Below, in pieces: positions 27,301 through 41,037 of a stretch of DNA of 64,000 nucleotides. Where the stretch lies: NCBI GenBank assembly GCA_951804945.1, contig OX638150.1, positions 11,284,001 through 11,348,000 on the forward strand, in the 5' to 3' direction. The DNA comes from Podarcis cretensis (lineage: Eukaryota). The translations under genes were made by a program, and so were the position numbers. The notes under the pieces are model-generated. The model did not search any database and was not told the DNA's origin. It worked only from the letters and a program-made list of their open reading frames with translations. Every line of letters starts with the position of its first letter. Position 1 is the stretch's first letter.

Positions 27301-30300
27301 TTTACATTAAAAACGTTTGAAAAGAATGGCTGCAGATGGGTCTGTACATGTATTGCTTAGATCGGCTCTTTTAAAATGTTGTCGACTTAATTTTAACCAC
27401 GTAGAGAAGCGTCTTTTTTTGTTCTGCTTTCAGTCCATAAACAACATTGATTGTTCATTTTATTATTTTATTTTTCGCCAGAATAAACATACATATACAT
27501 ATTTTTTTTGTACGGCTCCTATCAACAGCGTGATCAATTTTCATTCGCTGCAGCAGAGATTCGAAAGTCTTCCGAGGCTGCAAGCCACATTCTTGTGGTT
27601 TCATGTTGTAATTCGGTGGTTATCAAAAGCAGAGACGCTTAGGTCTAACATATGTTGAACATCCGTACAGTTCGCAACTTTATTAAAAGAGTATAAACGA
27701 GGCCTTAATGAGACGCCATTTTAAGGGTGGTTTTTGTGAAAAATACGGTATATAACAAGAATGATGGTGCATGATATAATGTGAAAGCCTGATCAATTTT
27801 GCTCTCAAAGTAAACTTCAGATTCATATAAGGATTATCTAAATGGGGGGATTGAAAGTATGGAGGGATGGGGGGGGGGCTATTTTTGCTTTATTCCCATC
27901 AATGCCATTTCCCAATGCAGTCACACACAAATCCATATTAAAAAAAAAAAAAATAGGCCTTATCATAGTCCACCTCCCCTTTATCCAATTTTGTGCCCAT
28001 CAGATGTGCAAAGAAAGGCAGGAGACAAAATTAATCGTACATTCAATTATGCTTTTGGAGAGGAGGGGAGGGAGGTTGCTCTTAACGACCCACAAGAGTC
28101 TCTCGCCCTAGCAAAATGGGGGGTCGCGGGGGCATTTTATTTACAGGCACGCAGGCATGGCTGGTTCTCTTCGTCGGGGGCTCGGAGGTCCCTCCTGCAG
28201 AAGTTACTTGCAAGTAGAGCGGCGAAAGTCACCCCCCTCCCCGAATCCACAACCAGGCGAAGAAGACCGGCTCAAGGCGATAGGAGCTTCAAGTCTACTT
28301 GCCAAAGCCACTGCCCCTTTTCTCTCCTCCACAGACTTCTCCAGGGTCCATTGAGGCCAACTTTCCGAGCCCCAAATTCCAAACTCTTTGCGGACCTCCA
28401 GTGGTGGTGGAAAGCTTTGCCCAGGGCGATTGGTCTGGCGGCTCTTTTGCTGGGTTGCTTAACAGAATTGCTTTATTTACATGATGCCACCGGCGAGCAG
28501 GCTGCACAGTCAAGTTTATGTTTCTCAACTCCAGAACTCAGAGGAGGAGGAGTGTTCTCTGGGCTGCTGGGACCACTTGCCGAGAGGTGCGTGGGTCTGC
28601 ATGCCCGTGAACAGCCATGTTCAACATACAAGCTGTAGCCTGCACAAACCACGCCAGGGACACGCAGAAATACACCCGGACGCGCACACATCTCCATCTC
28701 CCCCAGCTCTAGTGCCCACTGATGGTTGTGGTGGGGGGACCAGCTTGCACTTCGCAAACAAACAACAAACAGCAACAATAACAAAACGGGAGAACTTATT
28801 TCTTGCACTCCAATTAACATTTTAAAACAGAAGAAGTCTTGCCCAGAATCCAGTTAAAAAAACTCGTCCCTCACCTTCCTCACTCTGAGCTATATCTCCC
28901 AACAATGTCACCTCCTAGCAGCTTCCAATACGTTAAGGAGGGATTCCAGGCAGGGGGACAGGAAACAGGTTCGCTTAGCTGTGTGTTTGCACGTCACACC
29001 GAGAGGTCCTTCGCAATTAGCCTGTGTGCCATTAACGTGGCTTTACACCGAGATCCCCAGCCTATGAGGGAGAGGACCTTATCCTGATGGACCTTCCGAG
29101 CGAGAAATAAAGTTGTCTTATGCAAAGCCCCAAATGCGTGCTAGGAATTTAGAGGGAGGAGGAAAAGAAGGAGGGGGGAGAGAGAGGGAGAGAGGAGAGG
29201 GGCACTTGTAAAACTTTTATGCCAAACAAAGTTATAAAAACTTTCCATGCGTTAAGATATCAAAAGGTTTATAACAATAATAAAGCTTGAATGTGTGCTG
29301 GTGTGTGTGTTTGTGTGTGTGAGAGAGAGGGAGAGAGAGGGAGAGAGAGAGAATTCTAATATTCTAGCAATATTAAATCGCTGAGCAACTGAGTTAAATA
29401 TTAAGTACCATAAACACCAGGCTTGGTTCGAAATCGGTATTTGTAATGCGTGAGTCCATATATATTCAAATGGGTGTCATATGAGTGTGTGTATGTGTGT
29501 GTGTGTGTATCCCACACCCACAAACCCACACCCACGTATCGCCGCCTGCTGCTGGACTCTTAACTCAGTAGGCGGGAACATTTAAAAAAAAAAACGAAAA
29601 AAGAATCTGAAGGCCTTTCTGATTCCGGTTTATTACAAAAGGGTTAAAGGTGATGGACTTGACTCCATTGAAGTTCAAAGACATCATATATTCACATTTT
29701 TTTGTTGTTGTTCTTGTGGATCTCTTCGTCTCTCCCCCCCCCCCAAACACAATGCAACCAACATAACGCTAGCGTATAAAGTACAGTTAGCTATTAGGCT
29801 ATATTGCCGCTAGATGCCTCGACTTTGGGGAGGGAAGGGAGGCAGAAGGCTAAAAAAAATGACACCCCTGCTCCTAAATGGTACCCCCTCACTCCCCTAG
29901 CTAAATAGTCCCCTTCCAAAAGAAAAAGGAAAGACCCCGAAGAACATTAACGGGTTATCCCTACCTCGCACTGCTGCTTAATACCCTTGTAAAGTCCCAC
30001 ATGGTCTATAAACTTGGATTTTACAACTGGCATTCCATTTTAGCTCGAGAAAACTTTGAACTAGGCCTCCAGTTTCATTGTGTCGCAGTCCCAGCCAAAG
30101 ACGTGGAAAAGGAGGTGGGATGGGGGGGGGCGGAGAGGACAGGAGAGGGGGAAAGTTAGGAGTCAGAGCGTGTGTGTGTGTGTGTGTGTGTGCAGGGGGG
30201 GGGACTGGAAGAAAGCTAAGCAAAGACACCCTTATTTGTTTACTATTTACTGCGGAAGTCTTTTTCTATGGCCAGACGGTGGTAATTAAGGAAAAATTAA

Positions 30301-32104
30301 GCTGTTTAGTGCTGCAGCCTTTATTACAATGTCTAGACTAGTCGCCCCCTTTGTCCAGACAACGGCCGCAGTCACGGGGTATTGACTGGACTTTCTGACC
30401 TGGCGATGTGCACCTTATTGCACCTACGTTTTAAGTTTCTCCCTAACCTTGGAAAAGTTTAGAAGTCGCCCATTAAAGAGAGGCGGGCGCCTTTCTCCCC
30501 CATCAGAAAGATGCGCCATTTTGTTTCCTCCGTATCCCCCGCGTGTGAGTGGGGTGGTTTTGGCTCCACTCCTAAGGGCTGTTTCGGACCTTCTCTGATC
30601 CACCTTGGGTTCCATGGCACTTCCCACACCCTTCTGTGCTCTGGGCACCACAAACCAAAGAATCGCCCATGACAAGGACATATTTACAGTAGACCTTGAC
30701 TGTCTAATCCAAGGAAGAGGGAGGTTATAGGCCCTACATCCGTATTCGCCAGACTCTTCAGGGAACAACCGCACCACCACACACACGCACCAGGAGGAAG
30801 AAGGGAGAAAAACAGATAAATGCAAAAATAAAGCAGTTTCCATCCCGCGTATGTATATGTCTGTATGTCTGTTTATATACAAACACGCACATACCCCTAT
30901 TATTATACATAATCTTTTCCCCTCATCTCTTCTAATGAGAAACATTCCTGTTAACATCACCCTTTCAGATAGCATCATGGCGAACTGGAAGATGGATCTA
31001 TCAAGGAAGCTAAAGTTTCTTTTCTCTCTGCCTCTTTTCTTGCAAACGAAGCACATTTTTGTGGGTTTCCCCATCGCTGACAAATCAAACCGCAAAGGCA
31101 ACATCAAAGTATTTGCATTGCAAATGGTTGCATTTAGAAGCAACCCGTGAGGAACTCACATTGCCTGTGAAGGAGAATATAATTTTGTTACTGCTTGCCC
31201 TTTAAGCTAGAGACACCTTCAGACACCAAATGTGAGTAACACGAGGATTCGTCAAGAATGAATTGGTAGATTTAGAGTAGGAGACAGACTGACCATTCAG
31301 AATTCTTATATTCTCCACCAGCACACAAAATTTTAAAAATACATTCAACTAGTGAAAGCGTCTTCCTGCGCATTTTCTTATCACTGTGAAGAAAATTACA
31401 TTTATTTAACGGAGGGAGGAGTTGTACACGTAAAATTGCGCTTCTGTCCCTATGTCTGTGAGTTGAACTTGTTTTTGTTTAAGAGAAGGAATTAAGTACT
31501 TGACTTTGCATTTGTGCAGTGCAAGAGGCAAAAGGGGAGGGGGAGGTACTTTATCCTTGACATTACGAAAATTTCCGCTTCTTTTGTGTTTGCAATCAGA
31601 GATGCGCTCATTAGCAGACATCACATTAGTTGTGCTTTTTAAAAAGAAAAAGGGGGGAAAGCACGTTGCAATATTGCTCATTAAGCACCAATTTCAGCAT
31701 ATTGCAATATATTTCTCTTCCAGGGTGGGGTGGGGGAAAAGGGAAAAGAAATAAAAAGATTAACTACATTGGGAAAACAGACAAAGACATCTGGAGCCAA
31801 GCACAGGGCTGTATTATTGGGCCAAGAAATTCCTATAAATTTGAATGCAATGATGAAAACAATGAACTCCACAACAAATGTCTAGTTAAACGCAGAAGGT
31901 TCATATTAATTTGGCTATATCATATCGCATACGTATGTGTGTGTGTATATATATATATGTATGCATGCGTAGGTACACACACACACAATTTAACCATTTG
32001 GCCATAGGAAAGTCCATGCCACGTTGACCGCAATGAGTCTTTTAAGAGGGAAATACTAATAAAATGGTCAAATAAAATCATAATGTAGAACAGCTTGAAA
32101 TGTC

Positions 32105-32110
32105 TTTATT
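32105..32110 (-). terminator. Candidate HOXC11 polyadenylation signal AATAAA
   Basis: AATAAA on the minus strand about 1.0 kb after the stop, with a TGTA element upstream and T-rich sequence downstream. Inferred only. Confidence 0.45.
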
Positions 32111-33119
32111 TGCCACAGAATTTCACAGAGTTTCCCGGGATTCACTTCTTTACATACACAAAGATTTATTTATAATTGTGGTTGTTACTGTTGTTCTTGT
32201 TCTTGCTGCTGCAGTTTGGTCTCCCACGTCCAGGAAAGAAAGGAAAAAAAGCATTTACATACCATTTAAGAGACAGTTATTGCGAATTTATTGTAGTCCA
32301 TTCCCCATTCCTCCCCCCCCCCGCCCATCCCCCACCCCTACCCTCTCTCCAGATGCAAAGAGGGGAAGAAAGAAAGAAAAAAAATCAAACCTGGGACTGC
32401 ATAGAATATGAATATATAAAAGATACATGAGGGAATCAATGGAAATCACATCCTTATAGTGATACCAATTCTTGGACAGGTTATTTAAATTAGATTTCAA
32501 TGAACAACAGTCCTTGGCATGTACAGCAGTGGAACCCTGATGGAGTGGAGTGCGTGTGCACGGATGAACACGTGTGGGTAGATACACACACACACACACA
32601 TCTGCACGCACACTCAGACAAAGCCCTCCTCCCAACCGAAGACTTTGGGAGGTGCTTTTGCGTAGATGCATCATCAACTTGCATATCAAAATAAGGAGAA
32701 GTAGGTGCATACTGTCGTGAACACAGCACTGTAGTTTCCTCCATCGAACATAGATGATGATGATGATGATGAAGATGAACTGAACAAAACAAAACAAAAC
32801 AAAACACCGATGATAAAAATAATTCCATTTCTTCAAGACTAAACGTTAAATTAAAAGTTCATACAGTATTCAAGTCCTTTCAACGTTTAGGTAATCGGGA
32901 AAAGTGTATAAACCCTGAACCAGGTCCCAAACATACAGATATAAGGAAGGACGGAGAAGGTTGAAAACTCTGAGGGTTGCTTGAAGACTCCACAGTCAAA
33001 CCGTGCTTGCAACTTCCCTTCTTCATACACAGAATACTTCAACGAGCAGAGGATGTATTTTTTATTTTTTTATTTATATATATATATATAGATATGTATA
33101 TATAATATACAAAAGAGGT

Positions 33120-33352
33120 TCACAATAAGGGATTTCCAGAGAAATACTGCAGGCGGTCTCTGCTTAGTTTTTTTTCTTTCATCCTTCTGTTCTGAAACCA
33201 AATTTTAACTTGTCGATCAGTGAGATTCAACATTCTGGACAGCTGCAGCCTTTTTTCTTTGTTTATGTAGACATTGAAGAAAAATTCTCTCTCTAGCTCT
33301 CTGATTTGGAATTTCGAATAGGGACATCGCTTCTTTCTTGTGCGGGGGGCAC
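33120..33352 (-). CDS. HOXC11: Homeobox protein Hox-C11, coding exon 2 (homeodomain)
   Basis: Translates to (S)[76 protein letters not shown]. Acceptor is a pyrimidine tract then cctaaag| at 33354-33353. Confidence 0.97.
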
Positions 33353-34783
33353 CTTTAGGGGGGAGGGAGGGAGAAAAATATAACCAGGAGGGAGTGAAAA
33401 TAACTAAGCAAATGACACAACAGAGCCCCAATAACCGCCCCCCCCCATCACCAAGATCTCAAATGCATAGCTTCTCTCTCACACGCACCCATCTGGAAGC
33501 ACATCCTACGGCCATGTGTAACATCCTAACAGACATGTGTACCACAACACAGCCATGAAGACAGCCTTTCCTGTTTCCAGCCCATGATCATTTTCCCCTG
33601 TTTTGGGGGGCTTTTCCAAAGGGATTCCTGAGTGCAATAATCAACAATAACTGCTGGGGGGAAGGAAGCCGGCGAAGCAGCTGGGAAGCATAGACGTTCA
33701 AACTGCAAATCTGCCGCCTTTCTTACAGAGTCAGCAGGAGCAACGTTAGAACTATGAGGGCTCAGAATTCTGCTCTGCATAAGTTTTTGATTATCGGGAA
33801 CGCCACCCTCCAAATACATTCAGCACACACATACACACAGAGAGAGAATCAAAGCAACATATCTGAGCAGTCTAAAAAAAGGGAAGCAATGTGTTTCCCA
33901 AGGCAGCAAACAGAATTGCAAACACAACGTGTGCGCGCGCCTGTGTGGGTGTGGGTGTGTAAGTTCATGCAGGACTTAGCCTTCCATTCACCTATGAATG
34001 AAAAAATAAATAAACATCCATGATGCATTTACTTGAACAGTTGCTTCGATTTAAGGTTGTTGTTGTTGCTTTAAAAATGAAAATAAACCCACTTATATAT
34101 GAATATCTAAAGGCATCTGAGTATATTAAAATATACTTAAAATGTGTGTGTGTGTGTGATAAACACATTTAATAGCAAAATAAGCATTGTCTATTTGAAA
34201 AGAAATCACCCAAAGAACTACGCCTAAGCAATGCAATTTGCAGGAAGAAAAGCAACAACAAGAGCAAGAAGAACAACACAGGATGCACTGAGGACATGAA
34301 AACGTTGCATTCCCTTTCCCCACATTCATAGCAATATAGATATATATTTGAATTTCTGCATGCATTTTCAATAAGGGAAAAAAATAACACCACCCGCCCC
34401 CCCCCGCTCGCTCGCGTGCATCTCTCAGTGCTTCCTCGCGAGGACAGGAAGCAAGAGCAGTGTTCTGCCCAATTGCCTTTTACCCTCAGAAGCCCGGGAC
34501 CAAATCCTTTTAAAATGCTCATGTAAGTTCATGATCAAAGTTAATATTTGTCACCATGGTGTGCTTTTAAAATTTCACAGACTCTGAGATACTGTGTCTG
34601 CGCCTAACATCTCCATTTTTCTCAAAGAGCCTTTCCCATCGTAAAAATTCTTCTCGTTGCAAGAAAGAGCTTTGTAGGTTATAATAAAATCCTTTGAATG
34701 CTTATAAAACTCCACATAAAATTTGACCGACAAAACAGCGGGCTAGTCCCTTAACCTTTCCATTTACTGCTTTCTCTACCTAC

Positions 34784-35462
34784 TCGAGTTGCTGGTTTTG
34801 CTCCCTTCCTTGTTGACAGAGGAGGATGAAGCTGAAGAGCCCGGGTTGGTGTTTTCTTCCTCGTCTTCCGGGTCTACGCCTTGGTCGCCGCGGGATGACA
34901 GCGCGGTGGGCTGGGAGTCGGTCTCCAGCTTGCTCTCGGTCTTCTGCAAACAGGTCTCGGGCGGGTTCTCGGTGGAGCAGTAGGCGTTTTCGAAGAACCG
35001 GTCGAAGCCTTGCGGGAGGACACTGTTTTTGTTCATGCTGGAGTAGAAGCCCGTGGACGCCGGGTGGTTGGAGCTAGGGTGGTGGTGGTGGCTGTACACG
35101 CTTTCGTTTTTCATTAGCATTTCGGTCATGGTGGAAGGCGGGAGGCAATCCCTGTGCATCAGATCTTCCGCGGAATAACACGAGGCGTAATTGCTTCTAT
35201 GGTGCCATTTATTCGAGGGGTCTAGCCCGTAGGAGACCTCTCGCACTGGCTGCACTTGAGAGAGGTTAGTGGAATAAGGGTAGGAGATTTGGCGAGAGGG
35301 GGCCTGTGGCAAAAAAGATGACACAGTTGAAAATTCTGGGACGTAATAGGTGCAGCTGGGGAGGTAGAGATTGGAAGCGCAACCTGCTCGCTCTCCAAAG
35401 TCAGCACTCCGCTCTTTGCGCGACTGGGAGCAGAAGTTTCCTAGGTTCACTGAGTTAAACAT
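34784..35462 (-). CDS. HOXC11: Homeobox protein Hox-C11, coding exon 1
   Basis: [18 protein letters not shown]...[34 protein letters not shown]...[15 protein letters not shown]. Donor A|GTAGGT at 34783. Exons of 679 + 233 nt give 303 aa; intron 1431 nt. Confidence 0.97.
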
Positions 35463-35574
35463 CTTTCTCCTTTTCTTGCTCCTATAGATAGATGTTTTGG
35501 ATCCGATGTGCAGAGGGGGAAAAATTTGGGAAGGCGAGATGACGCGCTATCCGTCTTAGTCGCTCTCTCCAGGA

Positions 35575-35673
35575 CACGTGATCCAAAGTAGATATTGTCA
35601 TATATCAGTTTGGAGCACTTAGAAGCGTAGGAGTGGTTCACTTAGGTAAGATCTCAGAGGTTCAAACGATTGG
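35575..35673 (-). promoter_or_regulatory. HOXC11 proximal promoter: E-box CACGTG (35575-80) and a more distal CCAAT (35669-73)
   Basis: Motifs read directly; the E-box is 113 nt upstream of the ATG, similar to the paralogs. Confidence 0.55.
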
Positions 35674-35757
35674 TTTTCAAACACCGCAGAAACATTATGA
35701 AAATCAATCGCAGATTTGTATTCATTTTCTTCCAGGCACACCCCTTGTAAGCATTCA

Positions 35758-35760
<3 letters not shown>

Positions 35761-35807
<47 letters not shown>
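35761..35807. repeat. (CT)n/(GA)n microsatellite about 300 bp upstream of the HOXC11 ATG
   Basis: Read directly from the sequence. Confidence 0.95.
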
Positions 35808-35811
<4 letters not shown>

Positions 35812-37150
35812 TTGGATTTTGCTTTCAGTTGTTCAGGAGGATTCAGATATGGGGTTGGGTGGGGGTAGCTCAGGGGTGGAGGAGGCGAGGGAGGGTCTAA
35901 AGGATGTGTTAACTGTAATTTTTCCTCTCTTACTTTTTTTTTAAGGGGGTTCTTTCCATGCAAGTCACATTTTAGGCATGATCAGACACATTCTTTTATT
36001 TCCCTTTTTCTTCTTCTCTTCTCTGTCTTTTTTTATTTTCTTTTCTTAAAAATGTGGATTCAACTGTTAGAAGCCCAGGGGACTGGATAAAGATTCTTCA
36101 GTAAGTTTTCAAACATTTCTCAAGGTCTTGCTCCAGGAGTCCGGAGCACAACTCCATATAGTGGGTGTGGGTGGGATCTTTGGAACAGATAGGTATATAG
36201 GGGAGCCACTGGCAAGTTTCTCACGTTTATTAATTACTTAGATGCCTATGTAGGGATCTCATGTATGCATAAGGACACCTAATCTGCCAAAGAGAATGCA
36301 CACCTCCAGCAGCATATCCCAAATATGCGAGGAGCCGAATAAACTTTGAAACTTTTCTAGGGATTTAAGCCCGAACCTGAACCCTCTGAGGCATGGGCTT
36401 AATGACTTCAGAGTATTGGAATTAGGGAGGATACATCAGGACATAGGACTAATAAATATTCGAAAGGCCCCTTTAACGTTTGGTTAAATATTTATTATGT
36501 AAGAGTGGTATATTGAATATTTAATGCAGCTGTTTATTGTCAATCAATGTATGTTCACGGTGCCTTGCGACCTTTATTCTGCCAGCGAAAGAAAAGGCGG
36601 GGGGGGTGCACTGAAAAAAAATAAATAGGATTCTTATTAAAGTCATTTGTCCTTGTATTTGGTGCTCTTGGAGTCTCTCAGCGCCCACCCTGTGATTCCC
36701 TCAGATTTTTAAAGCTGGAAGAAGGAATATTTGTAAAAGGTGTCTTGTAGAACATTCCTCCTGACTTTCAGACAATTGTTAACCTAAAATGTCTTCTTTC
36801 AGAAAGCCATGCTATAAAGGCGTTTAGAGAATATTGACAGTTGATAGAGGCTGCTGGCATATCCAGTAAAGTCCCCCTAAACAAAGGATGCGTGCTTAAA
36901 ACTCTCCTGTCTTTCAGATGATCTGGAGCACACATCACACAGGCTCATCAAACAGATTTTGCGCCTGAATTGACAACTTTTTCATTTGTTTTTACTTTAT
37001 TTTTTAAAAAGGTCCTGTAATTGATCTGCAAAGAAATAAATAAAAATGTTTAGTTTCCACCTGATGCAAAATATCTCCAATATTTTGTTGTCTTTTTGCT
37101 CTCATCTCTGCCTTTATTTCTGTTTTTAATTCACTTTGCTCTCTTCAAAG

Positions 37151-37152
<2 letters not shown>

Positions 37153-37188
<36 letters not shown>
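37153..37188. repeat. (GT)18 microsatellite
   Basis: Read directly from the sequence. Confidence 0.95.
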
Positions 37189-37190
<2 letters not shown>

Positions 37191-40100
37191 GACCCAACAA
37201 CTTTGCTTTGTTTACATAGAATCCTCCCGCCTTAATCTCCATCGCTGGCTCCAGTTTTGGACAGTTTAAAAGCCTCATAACAAAATTCACACAGCATCAG
37301 GAGGGCAAAATGACTTTACTAGTGATATCCTGTCAATTCGTGTTGCAGTAAATTAAACTCTCAGGAACAAATAACAAAGTCCAGGAACATGGCGGGCTGG
37401 TATATAAGAATATGTGGGAACTGAGGGGTTGTTGTTTTTTAACGTTATGGTTTTTGTGGTTGTGAAGCTTTTCCTTTGGGTAAGCCTTGAACAAATCCTT
37501 AAGAAGAAGAAAAATCTAGCAACTTGTGATACAAAAGGAGACGCTCTGCGATGACCTCATTTGCCCCATAATTCATTTTAATTTGGGAGGCTCTTTTTAC
37601 TTTTAAAACCACCAGGTAGAGTTTAGTCAGCAGGTAGAACAGATTCCTAAGCAGTCTGCAGCGACGAAGACGCCCCAGGAAAGGAAGGGACATCTGCTGA
37701 AACCAAAAAGGGAGGATGAGATTAATGAACAGAATGACTGAAACGAAAAATGATTTTTGGTCACGGGGAGGAAACTGACTATATCGGACAGGAGATCAAA
37801 ATCTTTAAAGGTCGTGTGTGACTCGGGACTGAAGTATAGCCTTAAAAACCACAGTGGGACTTTTATTGGGTGGGTTTCTTTCAAATCCAGAGTCTTTATT
37901 AAGTGATCCTACAGACAAAACCTAAAGAAAACATGGCGGCTCTTGCTCTCTCTTTCTCGTGAAGCCCTCTGATCAACCTGTCCTTTTAATTTCATACGCC
38001 TACGGGCGACGTTCTTCACTTTCGACTGTTCTGCGTCTTTGGACGTAGGATGCCTCGCCCGCAGAGGGTTCAGATAAACGCGCCTCCAGGTTCCAAACCA
38101 TTCGGAGCCTCCTCACCAAATACACACCTCTGCTTATGGGGAAGAAGAGATGGGTGTGTGTTGTGTGTGAGAGAGGGGGGACAGGAGTAGTGCAAGGCTT
38201 CTGCAGGGATGGTCTGTTTTGGCTCTCTCCTTCGCTCTGCCGTTTATGAGTTAGATGCTGCTTTAGACACAAACTTTTAATTAAAGTGTCAGGGAGCCTT
38301 TAACTACCCCTTTTTACGCAGCAATATTCATGCTAACTACAAACTAATAAAAATATTGTTTACGGGGATCATTATTTTCCTCCACTCCTTCTTACCAAAC
38401 ACTATTTATTGAACCTGCCCGAGGTGGGGTGGGGAAAGTGAAGAAATTTGCAGTGCTGGGTGCTGTTTCGGAATGGTTCTGCAACATCTCTTGGAAAGTG
38501 AGTTGCCCCCGCCCATTCCCCCCACCTCTTCTTCTTTATTCCTTCTTTCCACTTTTCCTGGTGGGGCAGAAATTTCTCCTGTGTCTCATCCGGCTGCATT
38601 GGTGGCGAGCAGAAAGGGTCTAAAGCGGGTGGCTGTTGAAAGCATGTGGGGTATAACACACAGGATATCTCCTCTAGGTGTGCGAATAATTTATTGCTCT
38701 TAATAGGTAGATATAAGCTCAAGCGAGCCCCAGTGCCGTTGTGTTTTTTAAAGCCCGGTTTAAAGTATAGGATTTGTCGGCTTCCTGCGAAGAAGCACAG
38801 AAAAGACAGCTGTGGAGCCACAGCACTTGAATTTGAACCACCAAAGTCAATTCCCTGACTACCATAAAACAGAAGAATGAAGGCTGGAAGTCTCACATTC
38901 CTTTTGGTCTCCACTTAGAAAAAAATATATAAAAAAACACACACAAAAAACCAACAGCCCATTGAGCATAAACCGTGAGTGCTTTACTCGTTGATAGATT
39001 TCATATTCACAGCCAAGAAATACTTTTTAAAAACTTTTTTAAAAAAATTAGTTGTCTAAAAACCCTCTTTAATATATACGGGGGAGAGAGAAGAAGTAAG
39101 AAAAGGAAAAATCTTTCAAAGTAGGTGCGTTATGACAGTGTCTCCCCAAGTTGTGTGATGGTGTGACTCACTATGAAGATGCATAAGAAAGAGCAGAGCA
39201 GGCAGAGAGAACAGGATTGTGTCAATTGCCAGGCAGAGCTTCCTAGGTGTAATTAGACATATGTATATGTTCACCCGGCTGGTTGTTTGTGGCTCGCCAA
39301 GTGTACTTCAACATGGCATTGCTGTGTTAATCAGGCAATACATTCCCTTCTTCTGTTGCCGGGTCATTTGCCCGACAGAACCAAGATCACACTATAAACA
39401 CATCCCAGTATTTTGTCATTGTTATTATTATTTAGGCAGAAAATTGTATCCACGTGACCAAGACTTTCTAGGAAACGTACTTTTCTGTGGGTAAAATGAA
39501 CTTTGAAAGAACCTAGCTCCGATTATAGTTGTGGCGGGTTTGGCCAAAGAAATGTTCCCATCGTGGTCAGGACTCCGGTCTCTGGGTTTGTTTGTGTACA
39601 TTAAGCGAATCAAGACTGAACGGTACATGATGGACAAGGCGGATTTGGGCATAACTAACAAACATTTGCCAACTAGTCTATGGACGGCAAAGATTTGTAG
39701 GTATGGTCGAAACCCGCCTTGGATTTCATATGAACTAGTTTCATCGTCCTCTTATCAGTTTGGGAGAAAAATTAACATATGTAAATCAGTGCAAATTTCG
39801 ATTAACTTCATGGTCCACACCGATTAATGCTTTCATTCAGAGACCGCCATACTGGTCTCTCTTTTAGAAATGTGCAGACTATGACACAAAGACTACCTTG
39901 TAGAATATGCATAAATGTAGATATTCTAATCTAAATCTCTCTTTCCCCATCTCCCAGAATCCCAATCATAGGCACATGTACTACCCAACCCTAAAGCTTT
40001 TCTTAGGGAGAAATGGGGTCACGAAAATGTTGTTTACCTCTTGCCTTTTGGCCTTTTCTTGCCGGATTTCCCCCGAATTTCAGAATGAAGCGGACGCCCC

Positions 40101-40256
40101 TTAGATATTTCTACGGCCTGCAGTAAGATAGGTTCTCTATACAGGGGGTGAAGGATTACTTTTGTGAGGTTTGGGGATGGGAAGCCAACCAAACCTTTCA
40201 AGCAGCCGTTTTCGCATGCCTTCTTTGGGCCAAAGAATCCCAAACTTTTGACGCTT

Positions 40257-40366
40257 TAGGATTGTGACCTGTGAGTCTTCAGCGATGCAGCTCACTGGAA
40301 GCAACTCAGTCCCACTGAATCCTATGCAAGTGACTTACAAGTCAATGTGTTTGGGATCACAGCCTA
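40257..40366. mobile_element. Degenerate short MITE relic (family A)
   Basis: Imperfect inverted ends TAGGATTGTGACC ... GGGATCACAGCCTA and a central CCCACTGAA motif like the other family A copies. Confidence 0.45.
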
Positions 40367-40936
40367 GGAATGATTTTTTCCCCCGTGCAACAGCAATGCA
40401 ATTACTTCCCAAGGAAAAATAAAGTACCCCGATGTATTTAAATCAAGCCAAAGGGTACTACAAACCTTCGCCAGCAAGCAGATTATCCTCGACTGCTTGT
40501 GTGTTCAGGAAATCCGGGGCCAGAGACAATAGCTACAAGTAGGAAGCTCTTGGAAAATATTATTGTCCCCCAATGGCAAAGATAAATTTAATTGGATATA
40601 AGCCAGCCTACTAAAGACGACTTCATAAGCTGCTAACGATTCAAAGCGGGGAAGCGGGGAGGGGGAGAATGTTTCAGATCTTCCACAGGCCAGGGTTGCA
40701 AGTTCAAAATCATGTGGACCCAATAAAGATAAAAGCTGATAAGCGGTATGCTTCCCAGCCACACGCAAAGTCAACAGTGAGCAGTATAGCTGCGCTGAGG
40801 GATGCCCGGACTAGATGCCCCACGCAGAATTCTCCTCTGCGCATTATTGGGGTAATATAAACCATCATAATTGGGAGGATTGCAAATGATACTTGGCATA
40901 TTGCAATGAATAATAAAGTGCAGTGATTGCTCAGTA

Positions 40937-41037
40937 GGGTCTGATCCTGTGCACACAAGCAAGTTCGATTGAAGCCCATTGTCTACAGAGGGTTGCTTGG
41001 CTTTACTCCCAAGAAAAACGTGCATTGGGTTGCAGCC
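40937..41037. mobile_element. Degenerate short MITE relic (family A)
   Basis: GGGTCTGATCCTGTGCAC ... AAGCCCATTG ... TTACTCCCAAG ... GTGCATTGGGTTGCAGCC. Shares its terminus with the 57.5 kb copy and the TTACTCCC motif with the 52.2 kb copy. Confidence 0.5.

Noticed and set aside
30339-30358. CTCF-like AGGGGGCG motif (also 29805-29821, 8929-8945 and 59563-59580)
   Set aside because: Each misses a near-invariant position of the CTCF core.
30424-31143. 239-aa minus-strand ORF downstream of HOXC11
   Set aside because: Non-ATG start, low-complexity composition and no recognisable domain.
34776-34783. Second GT donor 4 nt into the HOXC11 intron
   Set aside because: It gives phase 2 and would frameshift the homeodomain exon; there is no evidence it is used.
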